From assembly GCA_003223645.1 (NCBI GenBank), contig QHVT01000006.1:340967-404966 (forward strand): DNA of 64,000 nucleotides. The letters run 5' to 3'. Position 1 is the first letter of the stretch, and the number at the start of each line of letters is the position of its first letter. A model generated the notes under the pieces. That model had not been told where the DNA came from. It ran no database searches and saw nothing but the letters and a program-made list of their open reading frames with translations. Position numbers and translations under genes: made by a program. Below are positions 8,567 to 17,521 of this stretch, one piece after another. Origin of the DNA: Acidobacteriota bacterium (lineage in GTDB: Bacteria > Acidobacteriota > Thermoanaerobaculia > Gp7-AA8).

Positions 8567-11500
8567 TCAATGCCGCGCGGAGCGGCGCTTCCCCGTGGGC
8601 GGCGGCGGCTGCCCCGCGTCGCCGGAGAGGATGATCGCCGGCGACTGCGTCCACGTCGTCCGATTGCCGGCGATGTCTTCGATCTCGATCCGCAAGTCGA
8701 CGGAATCCGCGCCCGCGCGGGTGACCGCTGCGAGATCGGTGCGATACATCTCGCCCGCGGGGAAGCGGCGTAACTGCGCGACGTCGCCGAGGTCGGAGCC
8801 TTGATGGACGGCGGTCAGCGGGGTCCAAGTGGCGGATCCGTGTGCGCGATAGAACACCTTGGTCGCCTCGCGTTTCAACTCGCGCGTCGAGCCGAGCTTG
8901 CTGCGCTGGTCGGCGGGCGGATAGAAGTAGTCGCCCGCGGCGAAGAAGAGTGACGCGTTGCTGTTCTTCTCCAGCTTCTCGGCGAGTCGCCCCTGCGCGT
9001 TCAACACGCGCAGCGCGGTGAGCGTGGGCGCGTCGAGGTCGTTCGGATCGCTGCCGAAGCGCACCTCCACCTCGCCGCGCGACGGCTGTCCGGCGATGTT
9101 CATGTCGTCGCGCGCGGCCACGTAGCGGCCGCCCGTCTGCGGCGCGGGACCGGGATCGCATGGACCTTCATCGCAGGTCGTGAGATTCGTGTATGTGCCG
9201 GCGGCGACTTGCGCGTTCGCGGCGTTGTAGCTGACCCACGGCGTGTCCTGCGTGACGTAGCGATACCACTCGCCGAGCGGCCCGACGAACCCCGGGACCA
9301 GTCCGATGTAGCGATTCGGCGCGGTGCCGAAGAACGAGAATGCGTAGAGCGGTGAGGTACCGAGCGTGAGCTCTTCGCCGTCCGAGATGCGATAGGCGGC
9401 GGGCGACGCATACACCCACGGCACGGAAACGATCGCGCCGTCGATGCCGCGCAGCTTTCCGATCGCCGTACTTCCCATGTCGAAGTCGATGCCCGACGTT
9501 CCGACGCCCGACTCCATCGTCGTGAAGTAATCGAGGATCATCTGCGGCCCGAGCTCGACCGGCGAACAATCGCTCAGGCTCTCCGTGACGATGGACGGCG
9601 TTCGCACCCCGGTCGTGAGGCATGCGAACACGGCGTTCGGTCCCTGCTTCGGTTGCGGGAAGCGAACGCGCACATGTTTGTACGTCGCCGGTCCCGCGCT
9701 CATCGTCGCCGACTGCGCGACGCCGGCGAGCGGCGGATACTGCACGTTGTACGCGCGGCCGTGCGTCACATCGAAGTACGCGTCGAACAAATGGAACGTA
9801 AACGTCGGCGAGACCGGAGAGAAAAACAGCTTCGGAACGGTGGCAGGAATTTGAAGCGTGACGGCGACCGCCGGCAGCTTCGCGTAGACGAAGCGAAGCG
9901 TGCGGATGTGATTGATCTGCGCCGGCAATTGATCGAATGCGGTGCCGAATTGGTCGCGCGCGTCGAGGACGACTTCCGCCGATGTGTCGGCGCGATGCAG
10001 CGCCACTTCGCTGTCGCCGGATGCGGTGCGATTTTCCGCGAATGCAATGCGCGCCGCGTACGGCACCGCGCTCGTGTCATACGCCAGCATCAGAAAATCC
10101 CACCGCGTGTCCGGCTGCGTGAAGAGCTCGGCCTTCCCCTCGTCGTAGAGGAACACGACCTTCGCCGTGCTCTCCGAAAGCGCGAGCGCGCTCACCGCGG
10201 GCTGATCGTAGGAGATCGTCACGCGCGCGGCGCGCGCGACGAACCACGGCAGCGCGAACGGCGCGGCGCCGCGAAACTCAATGTTTCCGTCGATGAAGGA
10301 CGCCGCCGGAAACGCAACGGTGCTGTTGTTGATGACGAGCCGCAAATCGACCGACTTCGACTCACCCGCCGCGAGCTGCAGCGTTGCCGGCGTGGCGGTG
10401 AACGTTGCTCCCGCCGGAACATTCGTCGCGACGACGTCGAACGTGCGCGCGTCCGCCGCGCGATTCGTGAGCGTGACGCTGCGCGTCGCCTCGAACGTGC
10501 CGCCCTTCCCGCTGGCGAGTCCGAAGCTGATGCCGGCGCCGTCGACGAACGTCGTCGCCGTGTCCGCGCGTGCGACATCGATGCGTCCCGCTGCGCGCGC
10601 AAGCGCCGCGTCGTCGACAGCCATCGCCGTCGTCACGAGCGCGCTCTTGATCTCCGCCGGCGTCCATGCCGGATGCAGTTTGCGCAGCAGCGCCGCCGCT
10701 CCGGTGACGTGCGGAGCTGCCATCGATGTTCCGTCCATCGCGACAATGAGACCGCTGAGGTAGGTCGATTGAATCGCGACGCCGGGCGCCATCACGTCCG
10801 GCTTGAATCCGAGGAGCGCGGGCGACGGACCGCGCGAGCTGAACGTCGCGACCGTTCCGAACGACGTCACCGCGCCGACGGTGATCGCGGTGCGCGCCGT
10901 GCCCGGGCTGCCGATCGAGTCCGGCCGGCCCGCGTTGCCCGCCGCCACCACGACGATCACGCCCGCGGCCGTTGCGTTGTCGACGGCATGCGACACGAGA
11001 TCGTCGGCGGTGCCGGGACCGCCGAGGCTGAGATTGATCACGTCGAGGTGATCGGAAGGATTGCCGTCCTGATTCGGATCGATGCTGCGCTCGATCGCCG
11101 CGATGACGTTCGACTGCAATCCGCTTCCCTGCGCGCTCAAGACTTTGTACGCGTACAGCGTTGCTCCCGGCGCGACGCCGGCGATCTCGGGCGAGTCGGC
11201 CGCGATGATGCCGGCGACGTGCGTGCCGTGACCGGCGTCGTCTTTCGGATCGCCGTCGTTATTCGCGAAGTCCCATCCGCCCGCGACCTTGTGTCCCGGG
11301 CCGAATGCGCCGCCGAGGGCGGGATGCGTGTAGTCGATGCCGGTGTCGATCACGCCGATGCGGATTCCGTCGCCGCGCGTCGCGAGCGAGCTCGCATTCA
11401 CGCGAGCGGCGGCGTCGATCGCCGCGGCCGTGGGTTTCGCATCGCCGGCCGCATACGCGGTGACCACGCGATCGGGAACCACCGCTTTCACGTACGGAAG

Positions 11501-11800
11501 GCGGCGAATCGCATCGAGCGACTCGCGCGGCACATCGATCGCCGCGCCGAAGATCGCCTGCACGTATTCGTAGCGGATCACCGGCGTCGCCGTTTGTTCG
11601 TGCGGATGCCGCTCGACCGTGCTCATCACGTCGCCGCGAAATCGCGCGAACGTCGCCGCGGCCGTCGTCCCGGGAATCCGCTGAAACTCCACGATGGCCG
11701 CGCCGCTCGGCAGCGGCTGCGCACGCAGCTCGATGTCATTCGATTGGGCGTGGAGTGTGGTCGCGGCAAGCAGAAGGGAGAGGACAAGGATCCGAGGCAT
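8567..11800 (-). CDS. Secreted S8 (Vpr-like) serine peptidase with long C-terminal extension
   Basis: Signal peptide [31 protein letters not shown]; ends [13 protein letters not shown]. Confidence 0.92.
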   Translation of the reverse strand: MPRILVLSLLLAATTLHAQSNDIELRAQPLPSGAAIVEFQRIPGTTAAATFARFRGDVMSTVERHPHEQTATPVIRYEYVQAIFGAAIDVPRESLDAIRRLPYVKAVVPDRVVTAYAAGDAKPTAAAIDAAARVNASSLATRGDGIRIGVIDTGIDYTHPALGGAFGPGHKVAGGWDFANNDGDPKDDAGHGTHVAGIIAADSPEIAGVAPGATLYAYKVLSAQGSGLQSNVIAAIERSIDPNQDGNPSDHLDVINLSLGGPGTADDLVSHAVDNATAAGVIVVVAAGNAGRPDSIGSPGTARTAITVGAVTSFGTVATFSSRGPSPALLGFKPDVMAPGVAIQSTYLSGLIVAMDGTSMAAPHVTGAAALLRKLHPAWTPAEIKSALVTTAMAVDDAALARAAGRIDVARADTATTFVDGAGISFGLASGKGGTFEATRSVTLTNRAADARTFDVVATNVPAGATFTATPATLQLAAGESKSVDLRLVINNSTVAFPAASFIDGNIEFRGAAPFALPWFVARAARVTISYDQPAVSALALSESTAKVVFLYDEGKAELFTQPDTRWDFLMLAYDTSAVPYAARIAFAENRTASGDSEVALHRADTSAEVVLDARDQFGTAFDQLPAQINHIRTLRFVYAKLPAVAVTLQIPATVPKLFFSPVSPTFTFHLFDAYFDVTHGRAYNVQYPPLAGVAQSATMSAGPATYKHVRVRFPQPKQGPNAVFACLTTGVRTPSIVTESLSDCSPVELGPQMILDYFTTMESGVGTSGIDFDMGSTAIGKLRGIDGAIVSVPWVYASPAAYRISDGEELTLGTSPLYAFSFFGTAPNRYIGLVPGFVGPLGEWYRYVTQDTPWVSYNAANAQVAAGTYTNLTTCDEGPCDPGPAPQTGGRYVAARDDMNIAGQPSRGEVEVRFGSDPNDLDAPTLTALRVLNAQGRLAEKLEKNSNASLFFAAGDYFYPPADQRSKLGSTRELKREATKVFYRAHGSATWTPLTAVHQGSDLGDVAQLRRFPAGEMYRTDLAAVTRAGADSVDLRIEIEDIAGNRTTWTQSPAIILSGDAGQPPPPTGKRRSARH

Positions 11801-11996
11801 GCACCGTAGGGTACAGGGCAAATCGAAAGTGGAAGTGACGGAACGGTGGAGGCTTCCGCTCGCACTGTCATGTTCTTGCGTGAAAGCGGCGCGTGCACTC
11901 GATGAATAGGAATTCGCGCAAAAGTGGCCTGGCAGAAAGGTGGTACGACAAGAAGGGACCACGTCAGATCTGCCTCATGAGCCATAAAATAACGGC

Positions 11997-12677
11997 ATGT
12001 CAACGAACGATGCGGCAGATCACGAGACCGCGCAAAAGTGGCTGAAGACACTATCCGGGCAAGTGCTGCGACTGAGAATGGATTACCGCATCTGGGACGA
12101 GACCCAGGCGATCATTCGGGCTAATCCAAAATTACATCGCTCCAGTGAATTCTATCGCTGGATGAGAGAAATGTTTGTGTCCGGCGTCGCAATGTCGGTA
12201 CGCCGCTTAACCGACAGCGACACCCGCGCTATTTCGTTCTTCCGTTTCCTGAAGCTCGTGAAGGGCAATGCATCTCTCGTGTCGCGTCAGCGATACCGTA
12301 AGTTGTATAGAGACGACGACGTCTTTTCGCAGCAGCTTCGGGAATTGGGAATCATGACGGATCACGTGAAGGCGGAATACGAGATGCTGGTTGGACCCGG
12401 GAAGGAGCAGCCGAGTCCTGACGATATTCAGCGCGAACTTGACGCGATGCAGCAGTTAACTTCGAAGATCGTTGCGCTGGCAGACTCCTCGATCGCTCAT
12501 CACGAAGAAAAGAAGCCGGAGGATCTCCCAACCTTTGCCGACGTTGACAAGGCGATCAGCTTTTTCGAAGAGCTTCTAAAACGATATCGGTTGCTGTTCG
12601 ATGCCACGAGCATGTCTACGGATATTACGTTCCAGTACGATTGGAAAGCGATCTTCCGCGTGCCTTGGATTCCTTAG
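11997..12677 (+). CDS. Putative HEPN (AbiU2-like) protein
   Basis: Helical 226 aa; VRRLTD and ADSSIAH resemble the AbiU2-type pattern but the canonical Arg is absent; lower GC. Confidence 0.5.
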   Translation: MSTNDAADHETAQKWLKTLSGQVLRLRMDYRIWDETQAIIRANPKLHRSSEFYRWMREMFVSGVAMSVRRLTDSDTRAISFFRFLKLVKGNASLVSRQRYRKLYRDDDVFSQQLRELGIMTDHVKAEYEMLVGPGKEQPSPDDIQRELDAMQQLTSKIVALADSSIAHHEEKKPEDLPTFADVDKAISFFEELLKRYRLLFDATSMSTDITFQYDWKAIFRVPWIP

Positions 12678-12682
12678 AGGTC

Positions 12683-12853
12683 GCCCAACGGCTTGAGCCT
12701 AAGCTGCACGGCCAGGGCCTACGTGCCGAAGCCGACGCGGCACGGCGGCCGCAGCGAATGAGTCGAATCCGACGAGTCGCAAACTGCGGCCGGCGTGCCG
12801 CCGCTCATTCTTGTATGTTGACGAGCAGGCTCGGCCGCACGCAGGAGTTAGCC
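12683..12853 (+). other. Possible degenerate integron attC-like site
   Basis: GCCCAAC 5 nt after stop, GTTAGCC at far end, internal inverted repeat 12737-12801; L boxes not clear. Confidence 0.35.
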
Positions 12854-13465
12854 GGCCGATCGTAAGACGCTTTCAATGTAACCTACCGCATCCTCAAAAT
12901 TGACAAGGACCTTGCACTGATAGTGAGCGAGTTCATCGTAGATTGCGGGATTGGCGAAACCCTTTCGATCTTGGCTTACAAAGCATTTCGGCCCGACTGG
13001 TGTTGACTTCGCGTGCGCTATCACACTTGCCAGCACAATGGAATCAGGCGGCGAAAGGGAACATCGACGCTCGAGTTCTACGGCAGCTATGAGAACTTCG
13101 GTAGATAGTGGCTCAATTGTGCCATGTTCTTCGATAACAGCAATTGCCTGCTCAAGGCGGCCGCGCGCTTCTTCGCCGCTTGCGACTATTGCGGCGAGGA
13201 GATCTTTCGACGTCTCAGGGAGTGCTTCGAACTGTTGTGAACGAGAGAGCTGCCGTATGAGCGGCTGAAGCTGATCTCGCAACAGAATATTTCTTTCCGA
13301 AAGGCGGATGTCCCAAGTGCTACGTGCTTCTGCGACGGAAAATGCCGGAATCACGAGAGCCACTGAACGGCGTCTTGCCAGCGCGAGGATCGTTTCACAA
13401 CTCTGGCGGCGCTCCTGAAGGTATGCCACCTCAAGGAGGAAGTTAGTTTCCGCGTAGACAATCAC
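12848..13465 (-). CDS. PIN domain protein
   Basis: MIVYAETNFLLE, LSPPDSIVLAS, FVSQDRKGF acidic pattern. Confidence 0.8.
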   Translation of the reverse strand: MIVYAETNFLLEVAYLQERRQSCETILALARRRSVALVIPAFSVAEARSTWDIRLSERNILLRDQLQPLIRQLSRSQQFEALPETSKDLLAAIVASGEEARGRLEQAIAVIEEHGTIEPLSTEVLIAAVELERRCSLSPPDSIVLASVIAHAKSTPVGPKCFVSQDRKGFANPAIYDELAHYQCKVLVNFEDAVGYIESVLRSAG

Positions 13466-13908
13466 GCAGCTTGGGACCTGATGACACCATCACGAATTGA
13501 TTCAATAAGCCCCGAGTCCCGAAGCCATGCAGGTTGTTCGGCTTCCGGCATTCCTGCAACGACGTCACTCAGCCAAGCGTAGATCAGCGCTTCGAAACTG
13601 CGCTCGCTGAGAGTGTCAAGAGAACCATGGAGACGGAGAAGATATGGCCGAAGAGCAACCGCAGTGTCTCCTTCAAACTCGGGCGGCCCAGCCTCACCGC
13701 TTGGATGACGCCACAGATATAGGTGATCCCGAAGGGCTAGCAGGAAGAATGGAGCAGGCGGTATCTGCGCATGCACGAGCAAGTTGCGCAAGAATCTTCC
13801 TGCCCATTCCGGCGATGGAGCAATGGTGTTGTTCGCCTCGACGACGAGCTGTATGGCTCCACCTGGTTTTTCAACCACGAAGTCGGCGGTCGGTCGTCTC
13901 TCTTCCAT
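13462..13908 (-). CDS. Hypothetical protein with degenerate PD-(D/E)XK-like N-terminus, coupled to PIN gene
   Basis: ADFVV..IQLVVEAN; 4-bp overlap with the PIN gene start. Confidence 0.6.
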   Translation of the reverse strand: MEERRPTADFVVEKPGGAIQLVVEANNTIAPSPEWAGRFLRNLLVHAQIPPAPFFLLALRDHLYLWRHPSGEAGPPEFEGDTAVALRPYLLRLHGSLDTLSERSFEALIYAWLSDVVAGMPEAEQPAWLRDSGLIESIRDGVIRSQAA

Positions 13909-13957
13909 CGCTCGGGTGATTCTATCCGAAACTTCACCCGGTCAGCCCAACTCCGAC

Positions 13958-14473
13958 TTACCGTGTTGCAACCGCGCGCTCGAGTACTGCAAGACGCACA
14001 TCCCTCGGTCCCGCGATCTCGATGATCGCGCAACCGAGCTCGTACCCGCCGATGATCTCGAGCAGCTGGTCATTCATCGCTTCGCGCAGTGCCGGATCCT
14101 CGGACTCCGGTACATCGATGCGATCGGTGTCATTGAGAGGAAGGACGACGAGCAGGTCGACGTGGCGCATGCCGGTGGCGACGAGCTCCAACGCGGGCTC
14201 GATCAGGTCTCGAGCGTCGAGTGCGCGGAGGTACGCGAGAAAATCGACGGGACTGCGCTCCGCGATCACGCGCGCTCCGCGCTCGTGTGTACTGAGCCGC
14301 TCCACGCAAATCTCGAGTTGGCGATAGAAGTCGTCCGCTGCCGGCGGGTCGCTCATTTGATCGAGCCATTCGTACGGCTCGGGCTCGAACGCATAGTCCG
14401 CGTGAGCGGCGAGGAAGTCTTCGATCAGCGTGGTCTTCCCCGAGGCGTGCGTGCCGGAAACGGCGATTCTCAC
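13958..14473 (-). CDS. P-loop NTPase, AAA_28 (NadR/Ttd14-like nucleoside/nucleotide kinase fold)
   Basis: Walker A GTHASGKT, IAERSPVDFLAY. Confidence 0.8.
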   Translation of the reverse strand: MRIAVSGTHASGKTTLIEDFLAAHADYAFEPEPYEWLDQMSDPPAADDFYRQLEICVERLSTHERGARVIAERSPVDFLAYLRALDARDLIEPALELVATGMRHVDLLVVLPLNDTDRIDVPESEDPALREAMNDQLLEIIGGYELGCAIIEIAGPRDVRLAVLERAVATR

Positions 14474-14502
14474 GCGGATCACGGTATAACAGCGCGAAAT
14501 CG

Positions 14503-15333
14503 ATGAGCGGGCATGCGCGATTTCCGATTCGCGAGTGGCGCCGGGCGGTTGCCGCCGCGGCGCAACGCGTCGGCAGCGAGGCGATTGCGCCGTTCGGGTT
14601 CGAGCTGACCGGATCGGCGAAGTATCTCTCCTCCCACCTCCGATATCTTTTCATCTATCTCCTGCGCACGCCGTCGCCGTTGGGGAACGAGCCGCTGGTG
14701 CGCGAGATCTGTGATGCGCTCGATGGCGCGCTCGCCGACGTCGCGCGCACGATCGAGATCGTCGACTACGACCGCTTCACCGTGCCGACCGGTTTCGACG
14801 CATCGCGAACGCTGATCATTCGCTCGGTCGACGCGGAGCTGCCGCTGCTGCGGACGTGGGCGCGCTACATCGTCGCCGCGGCGCTCGCCGTCAACCGGCC
14901 GCGCATCACCGCCGTCACCGATTTCCATTCCGATCTGATGGCGCAGCGCTACTGCTGTCAGCTGGCGATCATGCACGACGCGCTGTTCGCTGCGCTGCCG
15001 AACATGCCCGCGCTTTCGCTGCGCGACGCGATCGGACGCCATCTCGGCGGGCTGCAGCGCGTCAGTCTCGCCGACCGCTTTCGCTTCGAGCTCGTGGATG
15101 CCGAAGTCGTGCGCGCGATCGGCATCGCCATCGATCGCTTTTACGCGGACGTGAACGTGAAGTGGAGCGACTCCGCGGCGAACATTCGCGTGCCCGACTT
15201 TCACGGCAAGGCGCTGCTCGATTATCCGCGGAGCGACGAGCTCGACCTGCTCGTGGCGATCGCCATCCAGCGATATGAGGAGTACGCGGACGACGCTACG
15301 CCGCGTGCAGCCAGCGCGCAAATGCTGCAATGA
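14503..15333 (+). CDS. Hypothetical protein, possibly a divergent class Ic aaRS-like (HIGH) nucleotidyltransferase
   Basis: Good coding-like codon use; GFELTG..SSH and KWSDS echo TyrRS/TrpRS GFEPSG..HLGH and KMSKS. Confidence 0.5.
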   Translation: MSGHARFPIREWRRAVAAAAQRVGSEAIAPFGFELTGSAKYLSSHLRYLFIYLLRTPSPLGNEPLVREICDALDGALADVARTIEIVDYDRFTVPTGFDASRTLIIRSVDAELPLLRTWARYIVAAALAVNRPRITAVTDFHSDLMAQRYCCQLAIMHDALFAALPNMPALSLRDAIGRHLGGLQRVSLADRFRFELVDAEVVRAIGIAIDRFYADVNVKWSDSAANIRVPDFHGKALLDYPRSDELDLLVAIAIQRYEEYADDATPRAASAQMLQ

Positions 15334-17521
15334 GCGGGTGGACCGGCGCGGACGCGGCACGGCGATGCATCCACGCGTGCACCGTCTTCAGTTGCCGCGC
15401 GACGCGCAGACCGTTCTCTTCGACGGCGCGGCCGGTCTGATACGTGTCGATCGCGCAGTCGATCGCGCCGGTGCGCAGCCACGCTTCGACGCAGCCGGTG
15501 ACCGGCACCACATCGATTGCCGGATCCATCACGTCTCGCGCGACACTCGGCCACGCGGACGCACACGTGCTGCGTGATTCACCATCGCCGATTTCGACGA
15601 GGCGACAGGGATCGACGCCCAGCGGAAAGAGTGCTTCGATCTGGTCGCCGTCCTCGAGTCGCACGTCCTCGCCGAAGATCGCGTAGCCGGCCCATCCGCG
15701 CCGCAACATCGCCGGCAGATCGCGCGATCGCGCGAAGACGACTTGCAGCGCATGCGACGTGATGTTCCACGTCAGCTCGCCGGACTTGAACGGACCGGCG
15801 GCAATGCCGCCGTCATCGAAGAACGCGCGCAACAGCGAGCGCATCACCGCGCTGTTCGGCGCGGCGACGATCACCGGCGTTCGTTCCGCGGACGCAGCGA
15901 GATCCACAGCGTGCATCGCGCAATCGCGACGCGCGATCGCCGCGGCAGCCGCGAGCAACGCGCGCTGCAACATGACGCGCGCTTCGGCGAGCGCGGTGTC
16001 GCCAAGACGGGTCATGCGCGTGCCGGCGCAATTGAGAACGCGCACCGCGTGACGGTCGAGCCATTCGACGACGCGCGCGGCAACGTCGTCGGCAGGAACG
16101 CCGCGCAACTCGAGTACCGGCCGCCCCAGCCACCTCGCCGCTTTCCTCGTCTCCTCCGACCCCTCGGATTGCGCGTAGTCGAGCAGCAGCGTTCCGTCGC
16201 TCGCGAACACGTTCGCCCATGTGCAGAACCGGTAGCTCGGCGTCGCCAGCTCGAGAATCGTTGCGCCGTCGAGACGATCGGGTCCGCCTTCTCCGAGCTC
16301 GCTGCACTCGGTGCGCTTTCCCTCCGGCATGATTGCGAACGCCGTCACACCGAACGTGCGCGCGGTCTGCAGCGCGAGTTGATCGATTCCCGTTTGTCCG
16401 CAGCTCGTGATCACGAGCCCCGGACTGAGGTGCAATCGCGTCGCGAACGACGCCTCGGTCGTGCTGGAACTGCGCCGCTCGATGTGCGCGGGAAAAATCT
16501 CATTCAGGTCGTCGCTGCGCGGGACGTGCGACGACGGCGACTGCATCGCCGCGCGCGCCTGCGCCTGCGCCATGGCATGCGCATCGTCGACGCTCGCACC
16601 GTCGATGCGGCAGGCGAGAAACGCGCCGGCGTACGCGTCGCCGGCGCCGAGGACGTGCACTGCCGATGGAGCACTCTCGAGCGGCAAATGAATCGCGTCG
16701 CGTGCCCCGCGCTCTTTCCAGACCACGGGGCGCGAGCCGTCGGTGCCGATGCATTCGACGTTCGCGACGACGGATGCGAAGCGCAGCGAGCTCTCGTCCT
16801 GCAATGCCAGCTCCACGAAGTCACGCCGCTGACCGATCAGGAATCGCAGATTTGCAAACTGCTCGAGACGCGCGGGCGATCGCCAATCTGCAATCAACAG
16901 TGCCAGCTGATCGCAGCGATGAATGAAATCGAGCAGCGCATCGTCCGCGGCCAAGGCATCGCACAGCGTCATGACCAACAGATCGCACGGCTGCAAATCG
17001 CGATCGCCCTGCAGTTGCGCATTGTGTTCGTAGATCGCGATCTGCCGCACGTCGCCGGTCGTCTCTTCGATCAGGCAGTAGGCCTCGCGCGTGAATCCCT
17101 TTCGCCACACCGGCTCGAGGGCGACTCCCCACGCGCGCAGATGCGCGAGTCCGGCGTCGCTGAGAATCGCGTCGTCGAATTCGGCGTGGCCGTGCCAGCG
17201 GATCGGACCGGGACGCAGTGCGGCATTGTGGCGACCGCTGCCCTCGGCGGTCGCGGTGCCGCTGCGGGCAGCGGCACCCACAACGCGCGCCGATGCTGCC
17301 GCGCAGAGCGTGTTCGAAACCGTTCCTCCCGGCGTCCATCGCTGCTGCCCTCGCTCCGCCGCGAATCGCCGGTACGCCTCGCGTTCCTCGGAAGAGATCG
17401 CGAGCCGCACGTGGACGTCCGGCGCATGCGTTCGCAGAAACGCGTCGATCTCTCCGGAGGGAGCGATGATGATGTCATCGCGCGTGGCATGCCCGATCCC
17501 CAGTACAACGGCATCAGGCAT
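15296..17521 (-). CDS. Triple fusion: PfkB kinase + cpYpsA (SLOG) + HisG-like ATP phosphoribosyltransferase
   Basis: GIGHATRD/PGGTVSNT/LGAGDAY; SCGQTGID/NVFASDGTL/VLNCAGTR; RSRDLP..GEDVRLE/GCVE/DCAIDTYQTGRAVEENGL. Confidence 0.85.
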   Translation of the reverse strand: MPDAVVLGIGHATRDDIIIAPSGEIDAFLRTHAPDVHVRLAISSEEREAYRRFAAERGQQRWTPGGTVSNTLCAAASARVVGAAARSGTATAEGSGRHNAALRPGPIRWHGHAEFDDAILSDAGLAHLRAWGVALEPVWRKGFTREAYCLIEETTGDVRQIAIYEHNAQLQGDRDLQPCDLLVMTLCDALAADDALLDFIHRCDQLALLIADWRSPARLEQFANLRFLIGQRRDFVELALQDESSLRFASVVANVECIGTDGSRPVVWKERGARDAIHLPLESAPSAVHVLGAGDAYAGAFLACRIDGASVDDAHAMAQAQARAAMQSPSSHVPRSDDLNEIFPAHIERRSSSTTEASFATRLHLSPGLVITSCGQTGIDQLALQTARTFGVTAFAIMPEGKRTECSELGEGGPDRLDGATILELATPSYRFCTWANVFASDGTLLLDYAQSEGSEETRKAARWLGRPVLELRGVPADDVAARVVEWLDRHAVRVLNCAGTRMTRLGDTALAEARVMLQRALLAAAAAIARRDCAMHAVDLAASAERTPVIVAAPNSAVMRSLLRAFFDDGGIAAGPFKSGELTWNITSHALQVVFARSRDLPAMLRRGWAGYAIFGEDVRLEDGDQIEALFPLGVDPCRLVEIGDGESRSTCASAWPSVARDVMDPAIDVVPVTGCVEAWLRTGAIDCAIDTYQTGRAVEENGLRVARQLKTVHAWMHRRAASAPVHPLIAAFARWLHAA
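17227..17282. repeat. REP-like family A copy inserted inside the fusion CDS, frame preserved
   Basis: TGTGGCGACCGCTGCCCTCGGCGGTCGC...GCAGCGGCACCCACA, translated as VGAAARSGTATAEGSGRH. Confidence 0.85.

Noticed and set aside
15360..15890. Housekeeping hisG of a histidine operon
   Set aside because: Fused to unrelated domains, divergent motifs, no his genes nearby
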